Below are positions 62,330-64,000 of a DNA stretch of 64,000 nt, in pieces (the first letter of the stretch is position 1; each line of letters starts with the position of its first letter). The notes under the pieces were generated by a model. The model was not told where the DNA came from. It saw only the letters and a program-made list of their open reading frames with translations, and did not search any database. Location of the stretch: contig NC_069000.1 of the NCBI RefSeq assembly GCF_001194135.2, positions 32,036,424-32,100,423 of the forward strand, written 5' to 3'. The translations under genes and the position numbers were made by a program. The DNA is from Octopus bimaculoides (taxonomy: Eukaryota).

Positions 62330-64000
62330 TAATAATAGTAATATGACAACAAAAGAATGAATAAGATCGCGATATTGTTGGATAAAATGCAGATGTCAAG
62401 TTGACCCAGGCAGCCTCCATGTTGGTCCTTGACATGTTGGTCCTTGACATGTTGGTAGAGTATGGAGGGCTGTTTTTTTATCGTCACATTGTCTCAAATG
62501 TCCATTTAGTCTTTCCACAATGCTTCTAGATGTCTCCCCATGTGTATGTCATGTTCATGTCTTTACAAGCATATTCTATGCATCTTATGCTGTAGACTAC
62601 ATTTCAAGTTCTGCAGTTAATGCCAGGGCTAAATCTACATACTATGCAGTTATCATTGGTGCATATGGTTTTCTCAAAGGGGTACGATACAGTTGCGACC
62701 TGATGGCGTTTCCTCGCTTTTCAACAATCTTGATGTTGAGTTTTGTCTCCTTCAGAGTTTTCCTAAATCTATGGGCTAGTTTTCCATGGGTTGTGGCCTC
62801 TACAAACATCACTCCTTGATATTTGTCAGTTTTATACAACGTGTTCACCCTGTTTACTTTGACACAAGTCCTTTGCATTATGTTCCAGTCTTTGCTTCTA
62901 TATCTAGGGCAGTTACCACAGGTTTCATTACATATGTTAACTAACTTCTTTCTGACACCTCTGTAAACTCGAACCCTATCTTTGTAATCATATTCAGAGA
63001 ACTGCATGCAGTGCATGAAGTTCTGCACATATTTCTTAGATTCATAGGGTTTGCATAGTGGGGTCACGTTGTTCATTATTCTAACTAAATCTACTACCAG
63101 TTTAATTTTCATGTTGTGTGACAAAGCCGAGTTCTTCTGAGCAACATATTTCGAAGCTATGGGTATCATGTAATAGGAGTGGAGGAGCTGCACACTGTTG
63201 TTCACAGTCTCTAACCAAAGTTCAGAATCAAGGACGGGAAGTCTATTGTTGGGGTACCTAGTGGGGTAGTCTTGTGTTATCTTGATACTTTAATGGATGG
63301 AGTTAGCTACGTGGTGGATTCTCTCCACTATGTTCCTCTTGGTCTTCACTAGCATATTAATATCGTCTACTATAAAGTAGATGAGTTCTGTTCTGCTAAG
63401 GATTGCTTAAGTTTTCTGTCCCACCAGGCCGACCACATCTCCAGTTACACCGACACCAATGGCTCCACCTTAGTTCTGCATGTATAGTTTCTTGCTAAAC
63501 TTTACTATATGGTTCTTCAAGGTGGTTCTTACGCTAGCCCGTATTCTAAGTGCAATCATTCCTTTCACCTGATTGTTGTTCTCAGGGTCTTGGGTAGGTA
63601 CGGTCCAGCTACTCCAGGGCTCTGCGGAGCTTTTCTTCACTGCTGAGGTGATGGTGGCTGGTCTTCCGCCATGTGACATGGTGGAGCAGAATCTACTGAG
63701 GTCATGGTCGTCTAAATAGTCACTGTCGTAGCTTAGTCTAAGGAAGGGGCCCAGTTCTCTAGTGTTGACTTCACGGAACTCTACTTCACTCTCACAGATT
63801 ATCTCAATGCATTTCTCTACAGAAAAATCTATGTCTATAGATGGGTGGAGTGAAATTACATCCATACTATCCACTACACGACATGTGAGATCGTCGCAGT
63901 GGCTGCAAGTACTGATTTTACTGAGATCTTCTGTGCTCACATAGACATCTGGGGACATTTCTATGAGAGGTCGTAATGCATGTGAGAGGAAGTAGGACAG
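62330..64000 (-). mobile_element. Decayed Penelope-like element of a different lineage (RT + GIY-YIG), truncated by the window edge
   Basis: SMDVISLHPSIDIDF...KNHIVKF...GGAIGVGVTG...IVDDIN...LPVLD...ASKYVAQKNSALS...VMFVEAT...KIVEKRG...HGETSRSIVERLNGHL...YQHVKDQHGG. Confidence 0.85.

Overview
This is AT-rich, microsatellite-dense eukaryotic DNA with about 20 N-gaps (~10% of the window), most of them flanked by simple repeats. The SINE families look like those of Octopus/coleoid cephalopods (my recognition, not a database result). No prokaryotic features were found: no operons, CRISPR, rRNA or intact tRNA genes. Almost all ORFs in the track are microsatellite or N artefacts. Real content: (1) decayed non-LTR retrotransposons, namely a Hero-like RT, several R4/Dong-like fragments, a possible RTE RT, and two different Penelope-like elements (RT + GIY-YIG) facing each other at 60.5-64 kb; (2) three tRNA-derived SINE families (called A, B, C here); (3) a probable large-intron + strand gene with phase-compatible exons at 23796-23875, 55216-55391 and 58823-58921, possibly starting at 9575-9703, encoding a small Ser/charge-rich protein I do not recognise. 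The most interesting signal is a set of about a dozen Penelope-type minimal hammerhead-ribozyme motifs from several families. One (38155-38192, +) has an intact catalytic core. At six loci the ribozyme-bearing termini form short head-to-head inverted (foldback) pairs. All alignments and translations were done by eye, so repeat boundaries are approximate (about +/-20 nt).
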